Notes: generated from the sequence alone by a model not told the origin. DNA of 64,000 nucleotides from Sphaerodactylus townsendi (GCF_021028975.2 NC_059428.1:8432001-8496000); one strand, 5' to 3'. Counted from the stretch's first letter, positions 47,420 through 60,700 are shown. Program-made: numbers and translations.

Positions 47420-47850
47420 TTTGGAGGGATGCTAACATTCATCTGTCACCACTGAAAGGGGAGGAGAGCAAATAAAACAAGCAATGAGAAGAAACCCCGG
47501 GACACATTTTGATGTTACACAACAAGCGGTACGTGCTTTGAAATGATATTTACTTCCCTGGGATGACTGATGAACTTCCACCGGGATGCCCAGCCCGTGA
47601 CTTCTCTTCCCGAGGTTTGCAGGCACCACGAGGTCAGAGTCCCCCTCCTCTTTGCCACACTGGGAGGGTCAAAAGCCACTCAGAGGCGGGGTCATTCGTC
47701 ACTGGTGTTTCCATCTGTGACAGAGGGTGTAACAGACTTCTCTCTCCGTGATACCCCTCTAGAAGATGCGACCCGGCCACAGATGCAGGCAAAACCCTAG
47801 GGAACAAGATCCACCAGACCCCATGACCCACGCAGCCCCGGGAGAAACCC
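47420..47850 (+). mobile_element. Penelope-like 3' fragment
   Basis: Ends with CCTCTAGAAGATG...GGCCACAGATGCAGGCAAAAC...CACGCAGCCCCGG.GAAACCCAC; left end approximate. Confidence 0.55.
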
Positions 47851-48036
47851 ACCAGGAGCCAGTTGAATCCAGCTGCTTGAGAAGCCTTCGATGATACATT
47901 TTCCATTTGTAGCTTTGGAATAGAGGCGTGCTTCGGAGCCCAGATGGAATGAATTCCCTTCCACAGTCGAGGCTCAGAGTTGGGGCCAGCCGACATTTGC
48001 CCGTGTTCCCTTCCCCCCACCTCTCCTCCTGGATCA

Positions 48037-48268
48037 GGGGCTTGGACAGATTTATGGAAGTTGAATCTCAGATCTCCAGACTGCAAATGCCTTAGCGAAA
48101 ATGCCTGCGGGGGCAGCAGCAGCAGCAGAGAGGCCATTGCTTTCACCCTCCTGCAGGTGGAGCTCCCAAAAAACACAATTTGGAGAAGCCCACTGCGAGG
48201 TAGCAGAGAGCTATGGACTAGATGGACTCTGAGTCACAGTCCAGCTGAAGCTTATTCTTATGTTCTTA
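48037..48268 (+). mobile_element. CR1 3' end
   Basis: Same family as 16338; TTCTTATGTTCTTA tail. Confidence 0.75.
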
Positions 48269-49174
48269 GGGCTAGAATTCACCGACCCAGGATAAAAACA
48301 GTCCTTTGACATTTTTTCCACACAAGTTATCTAAATCCACACGCGGCCAAAAATCCCGGATTCTGTGCACATTCTACAAACCAATCAAGCGTGCACCTCA
48401 GTCCAGTTTCTCATTTTGTGTAATCTGTTTATTTTTGCCGAAATTATGTTTGTGGAAATCCAGTCGTGTTTTCCCCTGCACGCTGGGAAGCCAGCAAACA
48501 TAATGGAACCTGGACAGGTTCCCTCCCAGTTCCTGGAAACGCCCACCTCCAGAAGCCTACCTCACGGTCTCTGGGGCTGGGAACTGGGTCACTCCACTGG
48601 GCAGAAGCCAGAAAACGCAATCCCACAGGGGGAGGGAGTTCCAAAGCGAGGACTGCACGCGGGAGGCGGGCTGCTCGCCCCACCCTCACCCTACCTCCCT
48701 GGGTTTGGGCGCCGGGAGGCCACTGCCTCCCTGGGAGAGGAAGCCTGCTGTGATTCGTCCCACCCGAGGCTCCGCATACATGCGGAGAAAACTGCACCAC
48801 TGCCGCGGCTGCCTAAGCGTTGGCTTTTTTACGCTGGCTCAGGACCAGCCACACTCTGCAGGGGAACCAGGTGGGAAAAAAACATTTTGAAAAGACATCC
48901 CACAATGAGTCCTTACGTAGGACTTCCGAAGCTGATGCTGCAGAGGAGTCCTATGAGCCAGAGTGAGTGCAGTTCCAGTGGCCTGAAAGGGAGTGACCAA
49001 AGGGAAGCAGTTCCTGACAAAGGCAGAACCTTCATGCCAGCTGGCAGGTGGGCACTGTGGCGTTTGACAGGTAGGCATCCAAGCAGGAGCCAGCTAGCAG
49101 CTCTACCCGAGGCTCCAGGTTATTGCGAGGACTGGAGGCTAGACAGGTTTAGCACCGCTGCAGGAGAAACAAGT

Positions 49175-50060
49175 TAATTCTGCCCCCCTTCCCCAACTAC
49201 CAAACCCGGCTTTCTTCCCTCTACACTCAGCACAGGAGATACCTGCCTCTGCCATGACCTGGCCACTGGGATCCGTGCCTCCAAAGTGAGCTCACCACAG
49301 GCGTCTGAGAGCCCCTCTACAAAATTGCCGGCTGGAAGAGCTGGCAGAGGCTCCAGCTGATAGAGAAATACCACAGGCTGATAATGATTGGGAGCCAGGA
49401 GGGAGTGCGGAGGACGTGACCCCTCTCTGCAGGCGCGCCCACTGGAGTAGCTTCCGTTGCACTCTGACCTCAAAGCAAGATGCCAGCCCGACGACCTCGT
49501 GGCCCGGTGGTGTAATAATGTCACTGCTGACCCAACTGCTGAAGCGCCATGAGTAGAAACGTTGGGACGCCCAGCAGGACCCTCACGGTGCAAGCCTTCT
49601 GAGTCGCACCGCGCCCCCACTCCTCATCCCCCTGGAGTCCGCGGGTCATGAGCACTGTCTGGCTCCAGTCACGGTATAGGGACAATGGTCTTGCCCCAGG
49701 TGAGGAATTAGGCTCAGACAGCTTAGCAGCTCGCCTTGCGTAGCCAGGTGAGATCATGCATCACATGATGATCCTCCAGGTCTCACGGATCTCCAGCTCA
49801 TCTCCCTACCTACCTCCTTTGCGCCACAGCCAATGGCCAAACCCTAATAAAGGTGCCAGAGACCAGCACAGGGGCAGAGTTGTCCAGGATCCGCGAGAAT
49901 CCCAGCGCTTCCTGTTGCTGACCGCTCTCCCACACCAGATGGGAAACCTCCTCCAGCGTCTCGCGCCTATTCCTTAGCGGCGACCCTCGCGGGGATGGCT
50001 ATTACCAGGGGCCTCTGCCAGCCAGCCTGCCCTGCCTCTTCGGACACACTCAGGCTGCTG
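49175..50060 (-). mobile_element. Very noisy RTE/BovB-type LINE 5' and endonuclease fragment
   Basis: Nucleotide resemblance to RTE endonuclease segments (the ..ISAYAP.., ..KFY.. and ..GKFG.G.. regions) through many indels. Confidence 0.45.
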
Positions 50061-51699
50061 CAGCTTTTTAATGTCTGCTCAAACTTGGTTTCTGGAGTTG
50101 ACCTGGAGGCCAGTCACATGCATCCAACCTAACCTACCTCTCCAAAGTTGTTGTTGTGATGATAAAGGCAGGAGAAGGGAACAATATAGTAGCCACTCTG
50201 GGTCCCCTTTGGGGGGGCCAAAAGGCAGAACAGTCCACACAAACAAGCGATGCTCAGCGCCCGGCTGCGGCTTCACTCACCCTCCCGGTTCTGCCACAGC
50301 CCTACGCCACCGGTGGGATCCGCGCCCATGGGCCGGCTGCTTCCAGTGCTCAAACTATCCTGAAGCTGCCGCGGCTGGCGAGCACTTCACCAGAGCGCCG
50401 CCAGCCCTAATCCCCTGGGGCTCCTGCTTTGGCGTGCGCTGTGCCTGTCCCATTTCCCACACAGCAGCCCCTGCTGCCCTGCCATCACTCAAGTGCACCG
50501 CACAGATACGCGCTTGCGCTTGTCTGACAAAGGAAGTCACCGCGGCATGTATCTCAGATTTCCTTGCCAGAATTCTGATCCGCTACTCCCAAAAATATTC
50601 CGAGAAACGTTTACATCCCCTGTCATGGAAGGCACCTCGAGCGGCTCCCTTGAGTCCTGGCACCTTCGTGCCAGCCTCTCTCCCTCCTTCCACAAAGTCG
50701 CGTCCAAGGCGATCGTCATCTGTAGGGTGTTGTGGGGTTTCGGGCACTGCCATGGCCCATGTTGCCCAGCAACTACCCGGAACATGCCCAGCCACAGCAA
50801 TCAGGAGAAACCCACAACCAGCTACCCAGTGATTCCAGCCGTGAAAGCCTTCGACAATACCTCTGTCCCCTGCCCCAGCCTCTGAGTGGCAGCCTTTAAG
50901 CATGTAACCAATGGAGCCAAACAGGACTGCCCCCGGCCCCGGAGATTCCTGCCAAGGGGCAGCCGCACTCAGGACAGCCAGAAGCGCACACTGCGAAGGA
51001 CCAGCTCTCCCCTTCTACGAGGACAGGATGCAGGCAGCATTACCCAGGAGCACCTGAGCCAGGCACAAGCCCTGTGAGGAAACTGTGGCCAGGCCAACCC
51101 AACCCAACCCAACCCCCTCCCTCTCCCAAGACCCCCCCCCACAACCAACCCCTGGGAAAAGTGCAAAGATGGCCCGAGAGCCAACCCACCGCCCGCCCGT
51201 GCCCACCAGGACGGAGCCCCCTCCCCCCGGCCAGCGCTCAGCTTGGACTGTGGAGCCGGAGTGACTCTCGCCACAGCTTGAGCCTGGAAGCACTTCTGAA
51301 GCCAACAAGGTGTGTGTGTGTGTGTGGGGGGGGGGGGGGCACTGGTAAGAAGCATTGAAGAAGCAAAGCCCACTTGGCCAGATGCCGGCTGCCCCACCGC
51401 AGCTGCCCTCTGGAACAGCCGCCCACCAAGGGCCCAAGCGCAGGAGAGCTGGATTTTGGGCCTAACTTATCAAGAAGCAAAATCCTCAGCGGGCACCAAA
51501 ATGGACACCCAGGGGGCCTGGCAGTGCGGGGGGGGGGGGCGGGGGCACTTCTGAGCCAACTGCAGCCCAGGAGGGAGGGGGTGTGTGTGTGTGAGTGTGT
51601 GTGTGTGTGTGCAGCGCACTCCCCAGGAGAGCAGCAGGCCACACCAAGTCAAACAGCCTCCGTGCCTGGAGGGCAGGCAGGGCCACGCAGTGCTGCCAG

Positions 51700-53300
51700 G
51701 TGAGCCAGGTGTGCCAGCCCTGCCCAGGCGAGGCCCGCCTCCTCCTGCCCCTCCCTGCCCAGGCAGGCGGGTAGCGGGACATGATGGGCAGCGGCAGCAG
51801 CGCGGGGGGGGGGAGGGAGGCGCAAGAAGGGGGGCCGCAGCTGGCCGCCGGGCTCCCTTGGCGAGCGGGTCTCACCGGGGCCGGGCCGGCCTGAGCGGGG
51901 GGGGGGGGGCGACCGGCGGCAGCAGCAGCCCTGCCTGTCCTCCCCCCCGGAAAGCCCCGAGGAGGGTCCCCAGGAGGGCCACGGCAGGCGCGGGTCCCCC
52001 CGGCCACAGTCCCCCCTGCTCCCGGCTGCCCCTCCCCTCGCATAGCCCGCCAAGCCCCCCACCCCACCCGTCGCTCAGCGAAGCCTCCACCCCCCCCCCG
52101 GGGCCAGCTGCACAACACCTGTTGGAACACCTGCCGGCGGCCAGGGAGGCCCCTCCCCTCCCCACCCCACCCCGGGATGCTGAGCAAGGCCAGAGAGGGG
52201 GAGGAGCCAAAGGGCCGGGGGGAGGGGCCAGGGCACAGCACCCCCTCCCCTCCCGCAGGTGCTCCCTCCCGGCCTGCCTGCCTGCCTGCCCCCCCCCGCG
52301 CCGGCGCTTCCAAGGACCCTCCCCCCGCCCCGGCTCCAGACCCCCCCCCCGGCAGACAGACAGACAGACAGGCGGCCTCCCGCCACCGCCCTCGCCCGCT
52401 GGCCCCGCGCCAAGGCCACGTCTCCGCCCCGGCCCTGCGCCCCCCCCCCCCGCCGCCTCCCCCCTCCTCCTCTCCGGGCCGCCCCCGCCCGCCCGCCCGC
52501 CTCACCTGACCTGGCCTGCCTCACCTGCCGCGCTCACCTGCCGCCGCCGCCGCCGCCGCCGGGCCCGTCCCGGAGCCTGGGGGCCTCAGATCCGGCGGAG
52601 GGGGCGGGGCGGGGGTGCCGGAAGCCGCGTCACGAGCCACGGCGGCCGGACCGGAAGTGGCGGAGGGCCCCGATGGAGCTGCCGGCGGCGGCGGCGGAAG
52701 AGACCCAGCAACTGCGCAGCGTGAGCCCCGGGGGGGCGGGGGCGGGCGGGGGGAGCAGTGGGGGCGTGCGCGCGCGCCCGCTTGAGGGGAGGGGGGCGCT
52801 GAGTGACGCGCGCGCGCGCACGTGCGGCGTTGTCTCGTTGCAGCTGCGGGACTTCCTGCTGGCCTACAACCGCCTGACCGAGTCCTGCTTCCAGCGCTGC
52901 GCCTGCGACCTCGGCCACCGCGCCCTCTCCCGCCGGGAGGTGAGACCCAGCAGCAGGAGGGGGCCCGCGGGGGGGGGCTGGGGCTGGGGCTCCCCCTCCC
53001 GCTCCTCCCGCTCCTCCCGCCCGCCCGCCCACGTGCCTGTCGTGTCTCTGCAGGAGTCGTGCCTGGACTGCTGCGCGGGGAAGCTGCTGCGCTCCAACCA
53101 CCGCCTGATGGCCGCCTACGTCCGCCTCATGCCCGCCCTGCTCCAGCGCCGCCTGGCCGACCAGGCCCCCGACCCCGCCCGGGACCCCGGCCCCTCGCCC
53201 CCCCGCGCCGCCGCCGCCGCCGCCGGGCTTCCTCCCGAGTAGGGTCTGGCCGGGCGGGGGACACACAGGGACATCCCTGCAAGACCCACAGACGCCACCC
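51700..53300. promoter_or_regulatory. CpG island; bidirectional ARFIP2/TIMM10B promoter
   Basis: ETS/GABP site CCGGAAGT at 52651-52658 and CCGGAAG at 52618, plus GC boxes. Minus-strand splice donors at 52501-52540 lie about 130 bp from the TIMM10B ATG. Confidence 0.8.
52673..53242 (+). CDS. TIMM10B: Mitochondrial small Tim chaperone Tim10B (FXC1/Tim9b), 110 aa, 3 exons
   Basis: Exons 52673-52720, 52844-52939 and 53054-53242: MELPAAAAEETQQLRS|LRDFLLAYNRLTESCFQRC...E|ESCLDCCAGKLLRSNHRLMAAYVRLMPALLQRRLAD; twin CX3C motif. Confidence 0.95.
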   Translation: MELPAAAAEETQQLRSVSPGGAGAGGGSSGGVRARPLEGRGALSDARARTCGVVSLQLRDFLLAYNRLTESCFQRCACDLGHRALSRREVRPSSRRGPAGGGWGWGSPSRSSRSSRPPAHVPVVSLQESCLDCCAGKLLRSNHRLMAAYVRLMPALLQRRLADQAPDPARDPGPSPPRAAAAAAGLPPE

Positions 53301-54069
53301 TCGTCCGTGGCCAGCACTGCTTGAACGCAGCAGCCCCCCACGTGGCCCCTGGCGCCCCCCACCACACCCAGGGGCCTTTATGTGCAGCCTGGCAGGCCTC
53401 TGACTTCCTTCTGCGCCTTCCAGCCAAGGCGCCCTTTTGAACACCGTGTTCAGCCGTGGGTGGGGGCAGCTGGCCGTTTGCGCGAGTGCTGCACTTAAAA
53501 GTATTGGGCGGTCAGTGTTCCCAGTTGGCGCCACCATGTCTGCATCTCCGCCAGGTCCCGGGGCTGGCTCGGAGCAACACGGCCCGAAGGCGTGACGTTT
53601 GGAGTTGGTTCTCCGGCCACCTGCTCCTCCCACACGGCCGCCGGTGCTGCCCAGGAGTCCTGCTTCGATACAGGCTGATCCAAGCCCACATTTGCCCAAG
53701 CAGTTTGAAGGCAGTTGAAGCCACCCAGTATTGCAGCAATGCCAGCTGCTATATTCTGTTCTTCTCCACCTTGAGACCAGACCCACTGGTTTCAGTCAGC
53801 GGCAATAATATCCCCTGTTTCCAAGTAGCCCTTCTAACTCAGCATCTCCACTTCGCGCAATTTTTGTGGGGGAGTTTATCCCCGAATTATTTTCCAGCTT
53901 ATTTGACTTTGTGCTGCCTCTCGTTTGCAGCACAACACATGTGTAGTGTTTATATCCAGAGATAACCACGTCTAGTTGATTGTCTTCATTTCATCACTGT
54001 GTCAAAGGTGGGGATTTCTGACCGACCCGCATCCCTGCGAGGATGCCGTCCCCTGACCGGGGGCCTTGG

Positions 54070-54075
54070 AATAAA
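54070..54075 (+). terminator. Candidate TIMM10B polyadenylation signal
   Basis: AATAAA about 830 nt after the stop codon. Confidence 0.45.
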
Positions 54076-54295
54076 TCTCCTTCCAATAGGTTGACCACAA
54101 CTGGGTCTCGGCTCTCACTCACACAGTAGAATACCCCAGCAGAAGCAACAGCCTTAATTGTAAAGATTAAAGAAAAGGTTCAGGTGTAAGCATCAGGCAA
54201 CAGACAAACAGGTAGAGTGCCATGAAACAACAAAGTAGCTGGTGGGTGAAGGCAAGCAGGTTCTGGCATCTTCAGCTCAGCCGTCGGTGGGAGAT

Positions 54296-54521
54296 GCCGC
54301 CAGTGTCGTGCAGTAGCTGGCAGGCTCTAATCTGGACGACCGGGTTCGATTCCCGCTCCTGCTCCCCATGAAGCCTTCTGGGTATCCTTGGGCCAGTCAC
54401 AGTTCTCTCAGAATTTTCTCAACCTCACCTACAAGGTGTCTGTTGTGGGGGAGGGGATTGCATGCTGCTTTGAGACTGGAAAAGAGGTAGGAAAAAGGGG
54501 TGTCAAAACCAACTCTTCTTC
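54296..54521 (+). mobile_element. tRNA-SINE copy
   Basis: CTCTAATCTGGA..ACCGGGTTCGATTCCC head; AAACCAACTCTTCTT tail. Confidence 0.7.
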
Positions 54522-55899
54522 GGAGGGTCCCTTGCCTGTTACAGGTGTTGGGCCATGCTGGGAAAAACTTATGCCAGGTGGTTATAGGCTACCGTTTTAG
54601 GAAACTGGACCTCTGACCCCCTAACCAGTATCAGGTATAACACCCTGATCCCAAAGATGTCTCTCAAAGGGGGGCATGCTTTCTCCTCCCCACTGACTTT
54701 GCTGAGAGCACGTAAATCAGATCGCTTTGAAAGGCTATCGAAGGAGCCGACTCCAAGCGTTGCGTCTTATCTGGAGTTCAGCGGAAGAGCTGGTCAGCGT
54801 TTGGTTTGGAACTCTCCCCATGTTGCAACTGGGGTGACCCGTCAGGGTGCATGACGTGGCCAAACACTGATGTTGAATCTGTCGGGCTGATTGATACAGA
54901 GGTGACCGTTTGTCTCGACATGCTGAGTTTTTGAAATGCCCATTATATTTGCAGTGCCACTTAGCAGCAAGCAGCCTGGCCACCCCTGTCTCAGCCCAGG
55001 TGGGCATCCTGGCACCCGGACCTCTTTAAGGATCTCCGCCTCCTCTGGCTCTCGGGTTCCCCCCCTCCCCAGCCCTCCTTGTCTGCCCTGCTCTTCTCTC
55101 CACACTCCAGTCTTCTGCCAGGATGGTGCTGTGTGCTCAGGGCACCACCCCTAGGGGATGAGTCATGCTGGAACAGCCCCCACCCCCCGGCCCGTGTTTC
55201 CCCAGGAGTGCCTGAAAAGGCCTTTCCAGAATTCTGGCCGTGGTAGGTCACGTAAAAGCCGCGTCACTTCAGCTGTGCACCACTGAGACTGGCTCCCAGT
55301 TTGCTTCTGAGTCCCTTCCCAGAAGGTGCTGGTTTTGACCTGTCCAGCCCTCCCACGTGGCGTGAGCTCAGTGCACCAGAAGGATCTCCTGCTCTCACGT
55401 GAGCCTGCCTGACCGCTACAGTCACTCCTGCGATCTGAGGCTGGGTGGGCATTGTTGGCCGTGGCACCAAAATTATGGAATTCCCTCTCGGGAAAATTGG
55501 TCCTTTCTACTGCTTGTTTTCCACCCGCTGGTGAAAACTTTTGCTCCATTTACCCTTCTCTTCACGTTTTATGTTTTTACCGTTCTATATGTTTATGGCC
55601 GTGTGTTCTCTTGTTTTTTACCATGGTGGAAACCCTGAGTTAGTTGGAAAGTCTGTTCTGAAATATTTTAAATAATTGTCTAGGTCACCCTCTGAAATGT
55701 CCTCTTCAAGATGCAGTGACCAGAACGGCACAGAGAACTCCACACGAGGTTGCCCTACAGAGCAACCTCGGGGGCTTTGTTTGCAACCCTGCCCTCATCA
55801 GGGCCCGGATAGAGTTTGCCTTTTTCACAGGATCCGCAACCCCTCTGAGCCGCCCGCTGTGCCCTTGAAGTCTCCTTCCCGGCCAGGTACAGCAAGTTC

Positions 55900-56340
55900 T
55901 GACCCCAGCAGCACATGCTTAAAGTGGAGGTGTTTTGCCCCAGTGGGTTTTGTCTCGGCTTTGCCTTCACCGAACTCCGACTGCCACGCTGCCGCCCACT
56001 CGCCCGGTTTGTGGCAGTCCATTTTCACCATCCTGAATAATTTTGTGTAATGGCAAACACGGCAAACACTTCACTGCTCACCTCTACTTACACAAATAAA
56101 CAAATGGATAGCAGGAGCCCCAGTGTGGACCCCGGCGGGACCCCCACTGCTTGCTTCCTTCCGCTGAGAAAACTGCTCATTTATTACTGCACTGTACGGC
56201 CTGTCGTGCAACCAGTTTTTAATTTGTAAGAGGACCCGTCCTCTTAAACCCAGGATTTCTGATTTCATTCTGAAATTTTTGCTGAGGTCTCTTGTTGAAA
56301 GTGTTTTGAAAGTCCAGGTATATGATGTCTAGCAAATCAC
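55900..56340 (-). mobile_element. Decayed CR1 RT fragment
   Basis: VDIIYLDFQ..F, GRVLLQIKNWL and CAGTGAAG.GTTTGCCG.G.TTGCC segments. Confidence 0.65.
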
Positions 56341-57335
56341 CATCATTATTATTAGTACACACACACACACAGAGGCCTTTATTGGCATACAAAACAGGAC
56401 AGAATTTTAAAGCAAAACAAGGTTAAGAAATCCAGTTAAAATTACTAATTTCCAGTATAAAATTTGCAACAGTTTCACAAAAGATCAGATCAGAGCTGTT
56501 CAGGAGATTGGGTATCTCATAACACTCTTGCCACTGAGAACATTGCAAGAAAATGGAATTCATGTATTTCATGTGTATCTTATTGTATTTAGGGCATACA
56601 AACAGAATGGTCAAGTGTTTCAACTGTAACCAGATCACAAGAACAAACCCTTTTAGAACTTTCCCTATTCTTGAATCTTCCCTCCAGCAGAGCTGATGGC
56701 AACACCTTGCAGTAGCTGAGGCTCTCCTGTGGGTAGGATTAATCAGCAGACGAAGATATGCTATTAGTAGTAGTAGCAGTAGTAATCTGCCTTTTCATGG
56801 GGTCTCAAAGTGGATTCCAAGGATGGTTTTTAAAAAACACTTTCTACGAAAACATGACAAAATATGACATCAGTCAATCCATAAATGAATTGTAAAATAT
56901 GATGACATTTGACTCTGACAGCAAAGATTCTCAGTAAGAATACATCTGGGATTGCAGAGGGGAGGGGGCAGGCATGACCCCCATCTCTGTTTCAGGAAAC
57001 AAGGCAGGGGGGCGCGAATGAAGCCTGATCCCCAATAGGTGTTCCCTCTGGACAGGATCCCTTCCACCACATCGTCTCCCTTCACCCAAATGCCCACCCG
57101 TACCATTTGCTTTTGCCTATTTTGTGAAATGATAGAGGTTGGGGTATGTGCGTGCGCTTCCTAATGGCCTCTGGCAGACGGCTCCCCCGTGCCAGAGGCA
57201 CCACCAAGAACGCCCACAAGCAAGCATTTGGTGGCTTCACCAGCCGACGGGCAGCCCCTTCGGGAGGCTTGGCTCTCATGTGTGGAGCAGGGCCTAGTAG
57301 TGGGGGAGGGGCGTGCCTGTGGGTGTCTGGGTCTT

Positions 57336-57850
57336 TTATTTGTTTGTTTGTTTGTTTGTTGGTTGGTTTTATATACTGCCCAACCCCCTGAGGGCTCTGG
57401 GCGGTGCACAATGTAATTACATCTTACAGCCCATACAAACAAACCCCATTAAATTAGAATTAAAACACAGCGATAAAATTAACAAAGATGGCATCACGCA
57501 ATAAAACCCAATTAAAACCCTCCCAAAGAGGGAGGGGGGGGGAGCAGAACGAAGAAGTGGGTCCCATGGATGGCAAAAGGGAACTCCAAACTGGAGGAAT
57601 AAAAAGGGGCACTTAATCAGCGACTGGACACTCCAAAGGCCCAGCGGAACAACTCAGTCTTACAGGCCCTGTGGAATTCACCAAGGTCCCGCAGGGCCTG
57701 GACAGCTGGAGGGAGAGTGTTCCACCAGGCGGGGGCCAGGGCTGAAAAGGCCCTGGCCCGAGTGGAGGCCAGCCGCATCATTGAGGGGCCAGGAACCACC
57801 AACAAATTTTGTGGGCTTTGTAGGTGATCACCAGAACCTCGAGCTGTCTC
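57336..57850 (-). mobile_element. L2 LINE 3' end
   Basis: RLASTRARAFSALAPAWWNTLP...FHRACKTELFRWAF; (AAAC/AAAT)n tail. Confidence 0.8.
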
Positions 57851-59579
57851 AGGGGGATGTTATCTGAGTGACTGAGATGCATTCCCAACTCTGTGTAATT
57901 TCTTGAAATAACAAACCAATGCTGCTCAAAAGATATTTGTAACCAGCCTGCTATATGTATCCACGGCCATCTTTGCATTCTTTCCTTGATCTCTGCTTTG
58001 TGGCTTTACACTCTTTGTGGGAAAATAGGCTTCCCCTCGCACCTCTGTCCCTTGAGAAAAGAATCACATCAGTTATCTTGTAGGGCAGGGAGCCAGGTGG
58101 CTCTCTCACTGTCTACTGCCAGCCCGGGGCACCTTGGGTCCAAAGACTGTTTTTCATGAATTCTTGGGAAACTGGGAGCGGGGGGGGGGGGGGGGCTTTC
58201 AGTGGGGAATAAAGGGAACTGTGCATACCAGTTTTGTCAGAATTGGGTTTGCCAAGTATGGTGCTTCAATACCTCATCAATAAACGCTACTGATCAATAC
58301 TTCAGAGTCCGTTTGTTGACCTATGGTTCAACCTGCCAGTAACTGCTTGGAAACCAAAGGTGTGTCTGCAGAAAGGGAGGGTAATCTGGATTCTGCACCC
58401 AGTAACACTTGCGCCAGGGCATTCTGAACCAAGCCCTCTTTAAAGGCAGACCCAAGTAGAGTGCATTACAGTAGTCTAGCATCAGGGTAACCATAGTGTG
58501 GGTCCACATGGCCAGGCTCTCAGTGGCAAGGTGCCGGCGGGGGGGGGGGGGATTTCCCAAGCTAATGTGGAATTGGCAGAATGCGGGGGAGGGCGGGATA
58601 TAAATTGAATTATAAAATAAAATAAATAAATGCTCTCCCCCCGCATTAAGAGTGGCTCCAGTATGGGATGGATTCTGCTCTGATTTTCCCCATTCTACTT
58701 TGTTTAAAAACTTTGGGAAAGATCACAGAGAAGCTGGGCTTGCTAAGCTGCGGTTTTCATGTTCCTGATCATTTGACAGCCATTTCCTTCTCCTGCACTT
58801 TAAAACAACAACAACAACAACTGAATATCAATACAGCAATATCAATTCACATATCAGGTTAGTTTAATTCCCCGTTTTTTAAAAAAGACTTCACTAGCCC
58901 TTTTCATTGCAGAGATCTAAGAGGAAAGGCACATCCCCACACCTAAAGAGGCTAGAGATTTTTTTTAAAAGTGAAAGGTGGGAATTGAGAACCTGATAGA
59001 CAGATCATTGTTAGAGGGACGAGAGCCCTGATGGCAGAGAAGGACTGGTGGTGATGACTGGCAGGGAACGAGGGAAACCTGCTCTGCAGAGCTCCGGCCA
59101 CCGCGGCTGCTCTCTAGGGGCGACCCTTGCAGCCGCTTTGGAAGGACACTCTGGTGAAATGTCTTAATAATAAACTTGACTTACAGCTCTGTGGAGAAGG
59201 AAGGATGGGAAAGGTAGTAAGACTAGACAGGTGAAGAGGTAGAGAGAAGAATGTCAGGTGAGAATGTTATATCTATCGATAGATGATAGTAGGTAGAGAG
59301 AGAGAGAGAGAGATGTTTTATATAGATATAGATAGATATATGTTTGCTTTGTTTAAAATGTAACACCTCAAGCAGGAACAAAGGTTGTTTCCTTCAGCTA
59401 TGGAAGTAATCCGTGTTAAAGAGTTTACCTCGTCTATTATGACAGGGGAAGCCCTCAAATGCTGAGGAAAGTTTAAGTGGAGATAACGCTAGTATTGACT
59501 TTGTGAGTGGCATTTATGCGCCTTGATCATTTTAACTTTTTTGTCGTTAATTTGAAAACCAACAAAGAGAGTTAAAAGA

Positions 59580-60700
59580 AGAGGACGCGCCTGGTTCGGC
59601 CTGTGGGGGGAGCAGCAGCAGCAGCCCCCCCCCCTCCCAGGGCCAGGCGGGGCGGGGGCGCCTTGGTCCAGGGGCCAGTGCTGGGTCCGGGGGGGGGGGG
59701 GCGGCGCCCTGGAGCGCCAGTTGCGCGTCTCTAGCAACGGCCGGCGGACCTGCCTGCCTGCCTGCCTGCCTGCCTGGCGGCGGGGCTTGCTCGTGGGGAG
59801 CCCGTCCTCGCCCTCCGCGGCTTGGAGCCGCCCTGGTGTCCCGCGCCATGGAGTCTCCCCCGTCGGCCGCCGCCAAGGGTGAGCGCAAGAGAGTGCCCCT
59901 GAGCTGGCGCAGAGGGCCGGGCGACTTGGCCCGCAGGAGCGCCGGAGGGGTCTGCCTAGGCAGCCGCCGCCCTGCCCCTCCGGCCCCACCGAGCGACGGC
60001 CCGGGGGGGGGGGCTCGTGTGAGCGTCCTTGTGGGGCTCTTTGGGGCTGGGGGGGCGGAGCAGCTGCCTCTGCCTCGTCCCACAGAGCGCCCCCCCCCCC
60101 CGCCGCCGGGGACTGAAGCGCGCCCGAGTCGAGGAGAGCTGAGCGAGAGGGTTGCTTGCGGCCAGTCGCCATCCTACCCCGCGCACTCTGCACTCTGCAC
60201 GCGCCCAGGTGCCCTCTTTGCGCTCAGCCCCTCTGTCTCTCTCCGCAGGGAGCGAAGGAGCCCGAGGCCGGCCGCTGCAGCCGGTGGAGGGCTCGTGGGC
60301 CCGGTGTGTGCGGCGCCGCCTGGCCACTCAGCTCCAGGATACGGGCCGGGCCGAGCCGCAGCAGGTGGAGGTGCTGGTGGCCGAGCTGGTGGCCGTCTTC
60401 GCAGAGGTGTTGCAGAAGAGCAGCCGCGGGGCCTGGCTGCGCCTGATGGAGGCGCTGAGGCTGCTGGCCCCCTTCCAGCACCTGCTGGCCGGCCGGCCGG
60501 AGCTGCTGCCCTATCTGGACAGCCTCCGCTACCAGTACCGGAGCAGCCAGGCCTTGGTGTCGGACCTGGACGTGCTGGGAGCCGTGGGGCAGGCCTTCCC
60601 CCAAGACTGGCCCCTGCTGGGGGGTCCTCTGCAGGCTGCTCGCCCCAAAGACCCTGCGCCCCTGGCCAAGGCGCTGCCCTGCGGCCCGGAGCCGGTCTTT
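59580..60700 (+). promoter_or_regulatory. CpG island and DNHD1 promoter with candidate RFX X-box
   Basis: Dense CpG; GTCTCTAGCAAC at 59727-59738, about 110 bp upstream of the ATG. Confidence 0.6.

Noticed and set aside
51486-52724. 339-aa and 379-aa ORFs in the ARFIP2/TIMM10B island
   Set aside because: GC artefact with no domain; only the spliced TIMM10B frame is supported.
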